From contig OZ243927.1 in the NCBI GenBank assembly GCA_965213925.1, positions 320,001 to 384,000 on the forward strand: a stretch of 64,000 nucleotides of DNA. The letters are read 5' to 3'. Each line of letters starts with the position of its first letter. Within the stretch, counting starts at the first letter, position 1. This DNA comes from Trueperaceae bacterium (GTDB lineage Bacteria; Deinococcota; Deinococci; Deinococcales; Trueperaceae). The notes under the pieces are model-generated. The model was not told the DNA's origin and ran no database searches. It was given only the letters and a program-made list of their open reading frames with translations. The position numbers and the translations under genes are program-made. Positions 1-9,911 of the stretch are shown here, in pieces.

Positions 1-57
1 TGGCTCGCGCCGAACTTGGGGTATGAGCCGGAGGTTGCGGAACCTGTAAAGGTTTGA
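1..57 (+). CDS. 3' end of a gene entering from outside the window (partial)
   Basis: Frame 1 reads WLAPNLGYEPEVAEPVKV* with the stop at 55-57. Confidence 0.45.
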   Translation, partial: WLAPNLGYEPEVAEPVKV

Positions 58-73
58 GCTTGTATAATGAGGC

Positions 74-649
74 GTGGCACTGACTCGAGCAACGCGGCAG
101 AGCGAATTAGGCGAACCTCAGAGCGTGCGCTTTACGCTTCAGGACTACTACAAGATGGCCGAGGTAGGCGTCCTCAAAGCGGATAAGCGCTACGAGCTTC
201 TTGATGGGGTGGTGCTGGAAGTGCACCCTATCAGCCCCGCCTACAACTACGCTGTCAAGAGTCTATCCGACCAACTCAGCGCGTGCATAGGGGAAAACGC
301 TACCGTCTTCTCACAGGGTCCGCTCCAATTTGATGAGAGCGAACCTCAGCCCGATGTCATGCTTTTGAAATCTCCGGCTGAACGCTACAGGCAGCGTCAC
401 CCTGTGCCCGCAGACGTCCTGCTCATCATTGAAGTGGCCAACGCCACCTTGCAAACAGACCGCACGACTAAGTTGCAACTCTACGCGGGTGCGGGTATAC
501 CCGAATACTGGATTTTGAACTTACAAAAACCGCAGCTCGAGGTGCACTGCAATCCTGACAAACAAGAAGCAAGATATCGAGAGGTTAAAACCCTGTTCGC
601 GGAAGAGGTTGCTACGTTTAGTGGGTTTGAGGTGGCGTGGTGGAAATAG
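74..649 (+). CDS. Uma2 family (DUF820) putative endonuclease
   Basis: RFTxxDYYKM..YELLDG, SEPQPD, LIIEVA and GIPEYWILNL motifs; TATAAT just upstream of the GTG (leaderless). Confidence 0.9.
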   Translation: MALTRATRQSELGEPQSVRFTLQDYYKMAEVGVLKADKRYELLDGVVLEVHPISPAYNYAVKSLSDQLSACIGENATVFSQGPLQFDESEPQPDVMLLKSPAERYRQRHPVPADVLLIIEVANATLQTDRTTKLQLYAGAGIPEYWILNLQKPQLEVHCNPDKQEARYREVKTLFAEEVATFSGFEVAWWK

Positions 650-917
650 GTTTGTTGACTTGGCATTGAGAGATTACGCGGTTCAACTCGAGCGAAGCGC
701 CAAGCGCATCCCTGAACTGAAAGATCACCCACTGAAAACGGACCTCTCAGCACTGGCAGATAATTTTGCGAAGAAAAAGGTTTGAGAGATACCGGGGGAG
801 GTGCGAAACCTCTACCATGTAAAACAAAAGGCGTTCTTGCGGGGTGCTCTCCCGTTACACTGGCTTAATGTCTACCTCTTCCCTCCACCACGGCTTTCTC
901 CCTCTCCTCAACCTTTT

Positions 918-2033
918 ATGATCCTCATCATCGGCGCAGGACCCGCCGGGCTCGCCACCGCCTACTACCTCCAGCAGAGAGGTCTCCCCTTTCGCATCCT
1001 AGAGAAAGAGGCGGCGGGCGCGACCTGGCGTCACCACTACGACCATCTGCACCTGCACAGCTTAAAAGAGGTCTCGGCGCTGCCGGGGCTGCCGATGCCG
1101 GAGGACTATCCGCCCTTTCCTTCCGGGGAGCAGGTCGCGAAGTATTTGGCGGATTACGCGGCGCATTTTGACTTTCCGATCGAGCGCGGCGTCCGGGTAA
1201 TAGAGGCGCATTACGAGGATAGGTGGCAGCTCACCACAACAACAGGTCGTTTTGAGGCGGACGTGCTCGTCGCCGCGACGGGCATCTGGAGCACGCCGCA
1301 CCGTCCGCACTTTTCGGGTGAGGAGACGTTCACCGGGCGGATTCTCCACTCGAAGGACTACGAGCGCCCAGGTCCTTTCGGGGGACAGCGCGTGCTCGTC
1401 GTGGGCGTGGGTAACTCCGGCTCGGAGGTGGCGGTAGGGCTCGCGAAGCGGGGTGTAGAGACTGACATCGCCGTGCGGAGCGGCGTGCGCATGGTGCCCT
1501 ATCCACGTTCAGCGAAACTCATGAGGTCCATCGCTTGGCTGCTGCGGTATCTGCCCCGCAGTGTCGGTAACGCCCTTTTGACCCTCGTACAGCCCAACTT
1601 CCCAGAGGTCGGCTTACCTCTTCCTGATAAACCGGTGATAGACGTTTACCCGGTTGTCGGCTTTGGACTGGTCGAAGAGGTCAAGGCGGGGCGTATCCAG
1701 GTAAGACCAGGGCTCTCACACTTTTCGGAAGAGGGCGTCCACTTTGAGGACGGGCAGAGCGAGGCTTACGACACGGTGATTCTAGCGACGGGTTACAGAC
1801 CGAGTTTAGAGTTTTTGGAGCGTGAGGTCGAAACGGACGAGCGGGGTTTGCCGAGGCTGGAGGGAACGCGCTCCACCCACAACCCTACCCTCTTCTGTGT
1901 CGGCTACCACTACCCCACCAACGAAGCCTGGTTTCAAGCCTTGCCCCGCGTCGCGAAAGCGGCTGCTGAAGAGACCGCACAAGTGCACGCGCAAACTGCC
2001 GCAGCCGAGATGAGTGAACCCGTAAGCGCGTAG
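918..2033 (+). CDS. Flavin-containing monooxygenase (FMO-like NAD(P)/FAD oxidoreductase)
   Basis: GAGPAG FAD motif, FMO fingerprint FTGRILHSKDY, GVGNSG NADPH motif, ATGY; start set at ATG 918. Confidence 0.88.
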   Translation: MILIIGAGPAGLATAYYLQQRGLPFRILEKEAAGATWRHHYDHLHLHSLKEVSALPGLPMPEDYPPFPSGEQVAKYLADYAAHFDFPIERGVRVIEAHYEDRWQLTTTTGRFEADVLVAATGIWSTPHRPHFSGEETFTGRILHSKDYERPGPFGGQRVLVVGVGNSGSEVAVGLAKRGVETDIAVRSGVRMVPYPRSAKLMRSIAWLLRYLPRSVGNALLTLVQPNFPEVGLPLPDKPVIDVYPVVGFGLVEEVKAGRIQVRPGLSHFSEEGVHFEDGQSEAYDTVILATGYRPSLEFLEREVETDERGLPRLEGTRSTHNPTLFCVGYHYPTNEAWFQALPRVAKAAAEETAQVHAQTAAAEMSEPVSA

Positions 2034-2078
2034 CCTGACGCTGGGTTTACCTCCCCTCCTCACGGTAGGCTCGGACAT

Positions 2079-2843
2079 ATGCTACTTGCGTTTGACTTAG
2101 ACAACACGATCATCACAGCCGATGACCGCTTGCCGGAAGAGATCGCTGACGCGATTCAGAAAGCTAAGGACCAGGGACATCAAATTTCCGTCTTGACTGG
2201 CAGACCGCACAGCTCCGCAATAGCGTTTATCGAACAGCTAGGCGTGAGCCACTACAGCGTGAATAACGGGGCCCTCGTCGTGGCCGGCGGCGAGGTTCTA
2301 AACAGCATCGTCATTCCGCGAGACGAGGTGCGCGCTCTCGCCAAGAGGTACGTGGGGGACGAAACGCTCGAGTACGCCTTTATGCTAGGCGACACTATCT
2401 ACGTCCGTGACCCCGGCGACAAACGCTGGCGCTGGGCGCACACCTCCAACCGCAACGTCGAACCCTTCGGGGCGCACGAGGTGAACGAGGCGGACAAAAT
2501 CGTCTTCGCGACAGACAGGCGCGGCGCGGCGATGTTAGAGGAGATTAGCGCGGCGCATCCCGAGCTTGTTCTGTACCTCTGGGGCGACGGCTTTTTAGAG
2601 GTCACGGGCGCGGGCGCGCATAAGGGAGCCGCACTTAAACGCCTCTCGGAAAGGCTGTGTATCGCGCAGAGCGAGACGGTGGCCTTCGGCGACGGCGTGA
2701 ACGACGTGACGATGCTCCAATGGGCGGGGCGCAGCGTCGCGGTAGGTCACGCCTACGACGAGGCGAAAAACGCCGCCGATGAGCACATCCCTTCGCCCGA
2801 AGAGGGCGGCGTGGCGCGGTGGATCGGGGACAACCTTCTCTAA
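2079..2843 (+). CDS. Cof-type HAD-IIB hydrolase
   Basis: DLDNT motif I, TGR, HKG and GDGVND motif IV. Confidence 0.9.
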   Translation: MLLAFDLDNTIITADDRLPEEIADAIQKAKDQGHQISVLTGRPHSSAIAFIEQLGVSHYSVNNGALVVAGGEVLNSIVIPRDEVRALAKRYVGDETLEYAFMLGDTIYVRDPGDKRWRWAHTSNRNVEPFGAHEVNEADKIVFATDRRGAAMLEEISAAHPELVLYLWGDGFLEVTGAGAHKGAALKRLSERLCIAQSETVAFGDGVNDVTMLQWAGRSVAVGHAYDEAKNAADEHIPSPEEGGVARWIGDNLL

Positions 2844-3010
2844 ACTCGCGCGAACAAACGTGTGGTACTGAAGTGTAACCCTGCTGAGTACGGCTACATC
2901 TATCTTGTCCCTTAATTCACTTGTTATTTTGACACTCTGCGTGCTAAGGTGCGAGGCGAAAAGCACAGTTTGAGGTAGTGACGCGGCAAGTTCACATAGA
3001 GGGGTATAGA

Positions 3011-3295
3011 ATGGACGCGCAGCAGGGATTTAGAGAAGACATCGTTACGGTGACCAAAGCGAAGCGTGCGCTCTCCACTCTGAGCGAATTTCTCCCCTCA
3101 TACCGCGATGTCTGCGGCAACGCACCCTACTACTACGCGGTCAGCGAAGTGCAGCGTTTAGAGAGTGAGATCGTTAGGGTTTCGAGTTCCGCTGAGGACC
3201 TCTTTCACCTGACTCAGAGCATCGTCTTACAAACCCACGGCTTAGCTCAGGCGATTCGCGCCGCCAAAGGGCGTGGCGTCGAGCCGGACGCTTAG
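3011..3295 (+). CDS. Hypothetical protein
   Basis: ORF with a GAGGGG RBS before ATG 3011; no recognisable motif. Confidence 0.6.
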   Translation: MDAQQGFREDIVTVTKAKRALSTLSEFLPSYRDVCGNAPYYYAVSEVQRLESEIVRVSSSAEDLFHLTQSIVLQTHGLAQAIRAAKGRGVEPDA

Positions 3296-3416
3296 CAGCT
3301 TCACCAAACTGCCAAAGTACAAAGACTAAAGTATAAAGAGCTGAGCAAGCGTGTTTTCGTAGGCTAGGTCTTCACCAAGATAAAGTCTTTTCACCACAAC
3401 CTGTTAAACTCCTCTG

Positions 3417-4361
3417 GTGAGCGGCGATAAGAATTCCTCTTTCAATTCGGCTGGCAAGCGCGTCGTCAGCGTCTCGCTAGGTTCCTCGGCGCGTGACTTT
3501 GAGCGGTGTGTAACGCTACTCGGGCGAGAGGTAAGGCTCGAGCGTCGAGGTACAAATGGCGACTTGGAAGACGCCGCCGCCCTCATCCGCGAGCTAGACG
3601 GCGCAAAAAATAGAGAGGTGGACGCCATCGGTTTAGGCGGCATCGACCTCTACTTCTACATCGGTGAGCGGCGCTACACCTTGCGCGACGCGGCGCGCCT
3701 AGCGCGGGAAGCGAAGACGACGCCCGTGGTGGACGGCTCGGGGCTCAAGCGAAGCTTAGAGAAGCGCGTCGTGGAAGAGCTAGACGGTACCGTGAATTGG
3801 CGAGGCAAGCGCGTACTGATGGTTTCCGCACTAGACCGCTACGGCATGGCGTCGTCGCTGGAACGTTTAGGCGCGAAGGTGCTCTACGGCGACGCGATCT
3901 TCGGTCTCGGCTTGCCCGTTCCCGTGTACGGCAGCCGAACCTTTCGCACGGCGGCGAAGGCGCTTTTGCCGCTCGTTACCGAACTGCCTATCTCCTGGCT
4001 CTATCCAACGGGCAGTAAGCAAGACGCGGACGAAAAGAATACCTTTTCACGCTTTTATGCTTGGGCAGATGTCATCGCAGGCGACTGGCACTTCATCCGC
4101 CGCTACTTGCCGGAACGCGTAGACAGCAAAGTGTTTCTGACGAACACAACAACAGCAGGCAACGTCGAACTTTTACGTGAACGCGGCGCTTTGAGACTCA
4201 TCACGACGACGCCGAGGTTTGATGAACGCAGCGTCGCTACAAACGTGCTAGAAGCGGCGCTGGTCGCGCTTGCAGGCAAGTTCCCACTTAGCCACGCTGA
4301 ATATAATGCGCTCACCTCTCAGATGGACTTGAAAGTGGAGGTGCTCGAGCTAAATGGGTAA
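3417..4361 (+). CDS. Conserved protein of the family usually auto-annotated quinate 5-dehydrogenase (function unproven)
   Basis: VVSVSLGSS, DAIGLGGIDLY, PVVDGSGLK, LTNTTT and TNVLEA family blocks. Confidence 0.7.
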   Translation: MSGDKNSSFNSAGKRVVSVSLGSSARDFERCVTLLGREVRLERRGTNGDLEDAAALIRELDGAKNREVDAIGLGGIDLYFYIGERRYTLRDAARLAREAKTTPVVDGSGLKRSLEKRVVEELDGTVNWRGKRVLMVSALDRYGMASSLERLGAKVLYGDAIFGLGLPVPVYGSRTFRTAAKALLPLVTELPISWLYPTGSKQDADEKNTFSRFYAWADVIAGDWHFIRRYLPERVDSKVFLTNTTTAGNVELLRERGALRLITTTPRFDERSVATNVLEAALVALAGKFPLSHAEYNALTSQMDLKVEVLELNG

Positions 4362-4480
4362 GATGTGTTCTTTTGGCTCATGCGATTTCCTCACCTTTAC
4401 CGCTCCGGTGTTACACTGTGCAGGATAAAAAGCGGGTACGGCGCACATCAACCCTATTGAAGCTTGAATACTAAGTTTGA

Positions 4481-4606
4481 ATGGCGCAGGCATCATCCTA
4501 CGATGTGCGGGCTACACAATGTTTTTCACAGTGAGGGCGTTGCTTCGCAAAACTACGTACATTGTGACCAGCTCCGAACGGAGTGAGACAGAATTTGATA
4601 CCTGCT
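4481..4606. repeat. Dispersed TAGCAG-ended MITE-like repeat, partial copy
   Basis: atggcgcaggcatcatc...tgatacctgct aligns with the reverse complement of 30199-30281 and part of 56744-56876. Confidence 0.7.
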
Positions 4607-4621
4607 TGCAACGGAGGCACC

Positions 4622-5179
4622 ATGATCAGCGTAACAGATTTACGAAACGGCACGAAAGTTGAAATGAGCGGCGGACTTTGGGAGTGCTTGGACTACCAGC
4701 ACCTCAAGATGGGGCGCGGCGGCGCGAAGGTCGTCACGAAGTTTCGCAATATGGAGACGGGCTCCATCATCGAAAAGACCTTTAACGCCACGGAAAAGCT
4801 CCAGGACATCTTCATCGACTACCGCAAGATGCAGTACCTCTATACCGACGGCGACATGTACACCTTTATGGACCTAGAGACGTACGAGCAACCCACGCTT
4901 TCCAAGGAGCAGTTGGGCGACAACGCGCAGTTTCTCAAAGAGACGATGGAGGTCACGGTGGACTACTTTCGGGACAAGCCGCTCAAGGTCACGCTGCCCA
5001 ACATCGTCGAGCTGACCATCACCGAAACGGACCCCGGTATGAAAGGAGACACGGTCTCGGGCGGCTCAAAGCCCGCCGTGCTGGAAACGGGCGCAACCGT
5101 GAACGTACCGCTCTTTATCGACCAGGGCGAAACGGTCCGGGTGGACACGCGCACGGGCGAGTATTTAGGACGCGCCTGA
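4622..5179 (+). CDS. efp: Elongation factor P
   Basis: MISVTDLRNG, KMGRGGA loop, YTFMDLETYEQ, KGDTVSGGSKPA..ETG, VDTRTGEYLGRA; GGAGG RBS. Confidence 0.98.
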   Translation: MISVTDLRNGTKVEMSGGLWECLDYQHLKMGRGGAKVVTKFRNMETGSIIEKTFNATEKLQDIFIDYRKMQYLYTDGDMYTFMDLETYEQPTLSKEQLGDNAQFLKETMEVTVDYFRDKPLKVTLPNIVELTITETDPGMKGDTVSGGSKPAVLETGATVNVPLFIDQGETVRVDTRTGEYLGRA

Positions 5180-5688
5180 TGGACGTTAAAGATTTGAAGA
5201 GGCTTTTAGAAGCGGTTAAAGAGGCGGACGTAGGGGAGCTTACGCTCGAGACCGGCGACTACAAGCTCAGCGTCAAGCGCGGCGGCGAGGTCGTCATGGC
5301 GCAGCCTGCGAGCGTCCCCGCGCCCCAAGCGCAACCTTCTCAGCCCCGAGCGCAGCCGCAGCAGAGCCCGCCGACTCAAGAACCGCAGGCACAGCAAGGC
5401 GAACAGACGCCCGCCGAGCCCGCGCTAGAGGCGGCGTCAAGCTCGAACCTAGATGAAATCACCGCGCCGATTGTCGGCACCTTCTACGCGGGTCCCTCGC
5501 CCGACGCGCCCGACTTCGTCAAGGTCGGCTCCAAGGTCGAGGCGGGCGCGGTCTTGTGCATCATCGAAGCGATGAAGCTGATGAACGAGATCGAGGCGGA
5601 GAACGCCGGGACGGTGAAAGAGATTCTCGTCGATAACGAGGAGCCGGTGGAGTATGGGCAGGTCTTGTTTCGGATTGAGCCGGGGTGA
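5179..5688 (+). CDS. accB: Acetyl-CoA carboxylase biotin carboxyl carrier protein
   Basis: EAMKLMNEI biotinylation motif, Pro/Gln/Ala linker, start overlaps the efp stop. Confidence 0.97.
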   Translation: MDVKDLKRLLEAVKEADVGELTLETGDYKLSVKRGGEVVMAQPASVPAPQAQPSQPRAQPQQSPPTQEPQAQQGEQTPAEPALEAASSSNLDEITAPIVGTFYAGPSPDAPDFVKVGSKVEAGAVLCIIEAMKLMNEIEAENAGTVKEILVDNEEPVEYGQVLFRIEPG

Positions 5689-5705
5689 GAGGGTGAAAGG
5701 GCTAA

Positions 5706-5777
5706 AGAGCAAGAAGCAAGGAGCAAGAAGCAAGAAGCAGGGATTAGCCCTTCTAACTTCTTGCTCCTTGCTCCTCA
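5706..5777. repeat. Heptamer tandem repeat (AGCAAGR)n with an inverted copy
   Basis: gagcaagaagcaaggagcaagaagcaagaagc followed by cttcttgctccttgctcc. Confidence 0.75.
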
Positions 5778-5854
5778 GCAGGTATCATCTCACAACGTGC
5801 GAACGAAGGGGCGTCTACTCGAGTGGGAGCGTATCTGACCAGATGATACCTACT
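5776..5854. repeat. Short member of the TAGCAG MITE-like family with terminal inverted repeats
   Basis: cagcaggtatcatct ... agatgatacctact. Confidence 0.7.
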
Positions 5855-5855
5855 T

Positions 5856-7199
5856 ATGTTTAAGAAAATCCTCATCGCCAACCGGGGCGAAATCGCCTTG
5901 CGGGTGCTCCGCGCGGCTCGAGAACTCGGCATCGAGACGGTGATGGCGTATTCGACCGTGGATGAGAACTCGCTGCCTGTGCTTCTAGCGGACGAGTCCA
6001 TCTGCATCGGACCTGCGGCGTCGTCCGGCTCCTACCTCAACGTGCCTAACCTACTCTCGGCGGCGCTCGTGGCGGGCGTGGAGGCGATCCATCCGGGGTA
6101 CGGTTTCTTGTCCGAAAACGCCGAGTTCGCCCAGAAGTGCGAAGAGCACAACATCACCTTTATCGGACCGCGACCCGAGAGCATTCGCGTGATCGGGGAC
6201 AAAGCGAGCGCGCGCAAGTTGGCGCAAGAGTCGGGCGTGCCCGTGACGCCGGGCTCGGGTGCGCTCAAGGACCTCGAGGCGGCGCGCAAATTTGCCGAAG
6301 AGATCGACTATCCCGTTATCCTCAAAGCCTCGGCGGGCGGCGGCGGGCGCGGAATGCGCATCGTGCAGCACCCGGACGAATTGGGGCGGCAGCTCTCCAA
6401 CGCGCAAGAGGAGGCGAAAGCGGCCTTCGGCAATCCCGAAATGTACATGGAGAAATACTTGGAGGAACCCCGCCACGTCGAGATTCAGGTCTTCGGCGAC
6501 GGTGAGGGGAAGGTCATCCACTTTTTTGACCGCGACTGCTCGATTCAGCGGCGCTACCAAAAGGTCTTGGAGGAAGCGCCGAGTACCTTGGCGGAGGATT
6601 TAAGGCTCGAGATCGCCTCCTCCGCCGTGCGCTTGGCGCAGCACATCAACTACCGGGGCGCAGGCACGTGCGAGTTTTTGGTGGACAGAAACGGCAACTT
6701 CTACTTTTCCGAGATGAACACGCGCATCCAGGTCGAGCACCCTGCCACGGAGATGATTACACGCTTTGACCTCGTGCAAGAGCAGTTCCGCGTGGCGGCA
6801 GGTGAGGGTCTATCTCTAAACCAAGAGGACGTGCGCGTGGAGGGTCACGCCATCGAGGTGCGCATCAACGCCGAAGACCCCGACCACGACTTTCGCCCGT
6901 CCGCGGGAACCATTACCGACTTGCATTGGCCCGGCGGTCCCGGCATCCGCGTGGACTCGCACGTGTACGCGGGCTACCGGATTCCGCCTAACTACGACTC
7001 CTTGGTCGCCAAAATCATCGCCTGGGCTCCGAGCCGCGGGGAAGCTATCGCCCGCATGAAACGCGCCCTGCAGGAAACCGTCTTAGACGGCGTCAAAACG
7101 ACCATCCCCTTTCACCTCAAGGTGCTCGACAATGCCTTCTACCGGCGCGGCGCGATATACACTAACTTTATTCCGAGGAGGATGAGTGAGGGAAGCTGA
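5856..7199 (+). CDS. accC: Acetyl-CoA carboxylase biotin carboxylase subunit
   Basis: KILIANRGEIA, HPGYGFLSEN, GGGGRG, EMNTRIQVEH and YDSLVAK motifs. Confidence 0.98.
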   Translation: MFKKILIANRGEIALRVLRAARELGIETVMAYSTVDENSLPVLLADESICIGPAASSGSYLNVPNLLSAALVAGVEAIHPGYGFLSENAEFAQKCEEHNITFIGPRPESIRVIGDKASARKLAQESGVPVTPGSGALKDLEAARKFAEEIDYPVILKASAGGGGRGMRIVQHPDELGRQLSNAQEEAKAAFGNPEMYMEKYLEEPRHVEIQVFGDGEGKVIHFFDRDCSIQRRYQKVLEEAPSTLAEDLRLEIASSAVRLAQHINYRGAGTCEFLVDRNGNFYFSEMNTRIQVEHPATEMITRFDLVQEQFRVAAGEGLSLNQEDVRVEGHAIEVRINAEDPDHDFRPSAGTITDLHWPGGPGIRVDSHVYAGYRIPPNYDSLVAKIIAWAPSRGEAIARMKRALQETVLDGVKTTIPFHLKVLDNAFYRRGAIYTNFIPRRMSEGS

Positions 7200-7620
7200 C
7201 GAAAGAGCCACGAACGCATCACAGAGCGCAGGTGAGCGAAACACCGATGAGCAAGGACTCGCTAACCGAAACCCTAACCGATCAGGGCGAGACCTCGACA
7301 TCTCGCAAGACGTCCTCTACGGCATCGCGCAACTCGCTTTGGAGCAGGTGGAGGGGTTGACGCCTGCCGCGCCGCCCGTGCGCATGGGCGAAATCTTGAC
7401 GGGTCGCCGCGCGAAGGGCATCCGCATCGACCGCTCGGACGAAGCCGTGCGCGTCGCCCTCAACGTGCGCGTAACGTACGGCTTAGAGGTGCCCAAAGTC
7501 GCTAGACGAGCGCAGCGGGCGGTGCGCGAGTCAGTCGCGTCGATGACGGGCTTGAACGTCTCTTCGGTCGATGTAACCGTCGAAGCGATTGACCTGCCCG
7601 AAGAGGGTGCGCGTGGCTAG
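7186..7620 (+). CDS. Asp23/Gls24 family protein
   Basis: VTYG..P.VA..Q.AV...V..MTGL.V..VDVTV pattern; usual position between accC and nusB. Confidence 0.85.
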   Translation: MREADERATNASQSAGERNTDEQGLANRNPNRSGRDLDISQDVLYGIAQLALEQVEGLTPAAPPVRMGEILTGRRAKGIRIDRSDEAVRVALNVRVTYGLEVPKVARRAQRAVRESVASMTGLNVSSVDVTVEAIDLPEEGARG

Positions 7621-8062
7621 GCGCAAAGCGCGCGAACTCGCCTTTCGTACACTTTTCCAAGCCGAACGGGGCGACGAGCCGCTCCTAGAGGTCTGGGCGG
7701 ACGTCCGCGAAGACTTAGCCGCGCAAGATGTGGAAGACGCTGAAGAGGCTTACGGGGATGTTTTGGATCAAGAGGGCATCCTCTTCGCTGAACGGTTGTT
7801 ACGAAACTTTGCCGCGAACCGCGAAGAGGTTGATGCGCGCTTAGAGGAGACGCTCGAAGGCTGGACCTTTACTCAGATGGCGCAGACCGACCTGACCGTT
7901 TTACGCCTCGCGCTGACCGAATTTCTGTACGAGGAAATCCCTAAAGAGGTCACCATCGAGGTGGCAGTGCGCATCGCCAAGCGCTTTGGCGGCGAGGAGT
8001 CGGGGCGGTTTGTAAACGGGGTCTTAGCGAAACTCTATCGGCAGCTAGAAGTCGCGACGTAG
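7613..8062 (+). CDS. nusB: Transcription antitermination factor NusB
   Basis: RRKARELAFRTLFQ, DLTVLRLA, AVRIAKRFG, FVNGVL; GTG start at 7613. Confidence 0.95.
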   Translation: MARRKARELAFRTLFQAERGDEPLLEVWADVREDLAAQDVEDAEEAYGDVLDQEGILFAERLLRNFAANREEVDARLEETLEGWTFTQMAQTDLTVLRLALTEFLYEEIPKEVTIEVAVRIAKRFGGEESGRFVNGVLAKLYRQLEVAT

Positions 8063-8180
8063 AGAAGCCGTTCGCGGTTGACCTTTCACCGGGAGACAGA
8101 CGTTAGAGCTTATCTGAAATCCGACGGCTTAAATGCTCTAAGTACACCGTTAAGCAAGTTCTGTTACATAGCCTCTTACG

Positions 8181-8317
8181 TGTCACCCCGAGCTTGTCGA
8201 GGGGTCTCGTTTGGCTACGCCAAAAGCCAAAACTTTGTAACTTGCACTCTCCGACAGCGGATTCTTTCAGAAGGCAAGGGCAGAGATTCTTTCACTTCAC
8301 TACGTTCAGAATGACAT
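8181..8317. repeat. Paired REP-like palindromic repeat (GTCATTCTGAAC..GAATCTC / GAGACCC..GGGTGAC family)
   Basis: Reverse complement aligns at both ends with 15721-15818 plus 16598-16625. Confidence 0.7.
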
Positions 8318-8447
8318 GACTTGTTTTTTAGTTGACGCTGTACTAAGAAAGCGTCCGGGAAAGCGTCTCTATGCGAGGTCGGGTCTACGTACTCCCTCGT
8401 GTGACAATCCGCAAGCACGCAGAAGCTCACTACGCTAAACTGAACGC

Positions 8448-9317
8448 ATGGAAGCTACTCAAGGAACACGCACGTCAGCAACCCTACTCAACGGACGCGA
8501 GGTCTCCGACAGCGTTACGCAGTCCCTCAAAGAGACGCTGCAAACCTTGCCGTATCAGCCGCAACTCGTGGTGGTGCGCGTCGGCGAGGACCCCGCGAGC
8601 GTCTCGTACGTGCGCGGCAAAGACCGCACGGCAAAGAAGTTGGGGCTCTCCTCGAGGGTCGAGGTCTTACCCGAAGAGACGCCGCAAGATGAACTCATGG
8701 CTTTAATCGCCGAACTCAACGCCGACGAAGAGGTGGACGGCATCTTGGTCCAAGACCCCTTGCCCTCCCACTTGGACATCAAACCCGTGCAAGAAGCGAT
8801 TGACCCCGCGAAAGATGTAGACGGCTTTCACCCGGTCAACGTTGGGCGTCTGTGGAGCGGGCAAAAAGCGCTCGTTCCCTGTACGCCCGCTGGGATGATT
8901 CGCATTATGGACCACTACAACTTGCCCATCGAAGGCAAACACGCTGTCATCATCGGACGCTCGAACTTAGTCGGCAAGCCCGCCGCCGCGCTCTTTTTGC
9001 AGCGCCACGCGACGGTGAGTTTGGCGCACTCGAGAACGCAAGACCTACCCAGCCTGGTCAAACAAGCCGACATCGTCGTGGCGGCCGTCGGGCGACAAGC
9101 CCTCGTCACGCCCGAGATGGTCAAGCCCGGCGCGGTGGTGCTGGACGTAGGCATTACTAGGGTAGACGGCAAGCTTAGGGGCGACGTTCACCCCGATGTG
9201 GCCGACGTCGCGGGCTACCTCACGCCGATGCCCGGCGGCACCGGACCGATGACGGTGGCGATGCTCATGCAAAACACGTTTGACGCGGCGGCGACGCGAA
9301 GAGGGAACAAGCAGTAG
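8448..9317 (+). CDS. folD: Bifunctional methylenetetrahydrofolate dehydrogenase/cyclohydrolase
   Basis: SVSYVRGK, KDVDGFHP, PCTPAG, GRSNLVGKP, TPMPGGTGPMT. Confidence 0.97.
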   Translation: MEATQGTRTSATLLNGREVSDSVTQSLKETLQTLPYQPQLVVVRVGEDPASVSYVRGKDRTAKKLGLSSRVEVLPEETPQDELMALIAELNADEEVDGILVQDPLPSHLDIKPVQEAIDPAKDVDGFHPVNVGRLWSGQKALVPCTPAGMIRIMDHYNLPIEGKHAVIIGRSNLVGKPAAALFLQRHATVSLAHSRTQDLPSLVKQADIVVAAVGRQALVTPEMVKPGAVVLDVGITRVDGKLRGDVHPDVADVAGYLTPMPGGTGPMTVAMLMQNTFDAAATRRGNKQ

Positions 9318-9445
9318 CCAGGTATCAGTAGTCAGAATTCAGCGTTGCCTTTGCGCTGACAACTGAATTCTGGCTACGGTCTACTGCTTTTTGCCTTACA
9401 AGATTGAATGAGGCGCAACCACGACTTCTGGGATAAAGTGAGGGC

Positions 9446-9889
9446 GTGCTCGAGCTTCTTAGCAACCACGTCCTCTGGGCGGCTGTCGCGGCGATGGGGG
9501 TCGCTCAAGCTTTCAAGGTCGTCCTTATCCTCTTGACCGAGCGACGCTTCGCGCCGGGGAGGTTGTTAGAAACCGGCGGGATGCCCTCCTCGCATTCCGC
9601 CGCTGTGAGCGCGCTCGCGACGGGGCTCGGCTTCTCCTACGGCTGGGACAGCCCACTTTTTGCGATTGCGGCGATTTTCGGCTCTGTCGTCATCTACGAC
9701 GCGACGGGCATCCGCCGCGCCGCCGGGATGCAGGCCGAACTCATCAACGACCTCATCCGCGAACTCTCGGACGTGTTCGACGAAGGCTTTCGACCGACGG
9801 CGCTTAAAACGCTCCTGGGTCATACCTATCCGCAGGTCGCGGTGGGCGCGCTGCTCGGTATCGCGACGGGCGCTCTCTCGTTTGTTTGA
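9446..9889 (+). CDS. Divergent PAP2 family protein (DUF212)
   Basis: GGMPSSHSA, YDATGIRRAAG, LGHT..QV. Confidence 0.92.
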   Translation: MLELLSNHVLWAAVAAMGVAQAFKVVLILLTERRFAPGRLLETGGMPSSHSAAVSALATGLGFSYGWDSPLFAIAAIFGSVVIYDATGIRRAAGMQAELINDLIRELSDVFDEGFRPTALKTLLGHTYPQVAVGALLGIATGALSFV

Positions 9890-9911
9890 CGTTCGCGTGA
9901 GCGTTGGAACC

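Noticed and set aside
8063..8447. ZTP/THF riboswitch upstream of folD
   Set aside because: No consensus match; the region is explained by a REP-like repeat and folD looks leaderless
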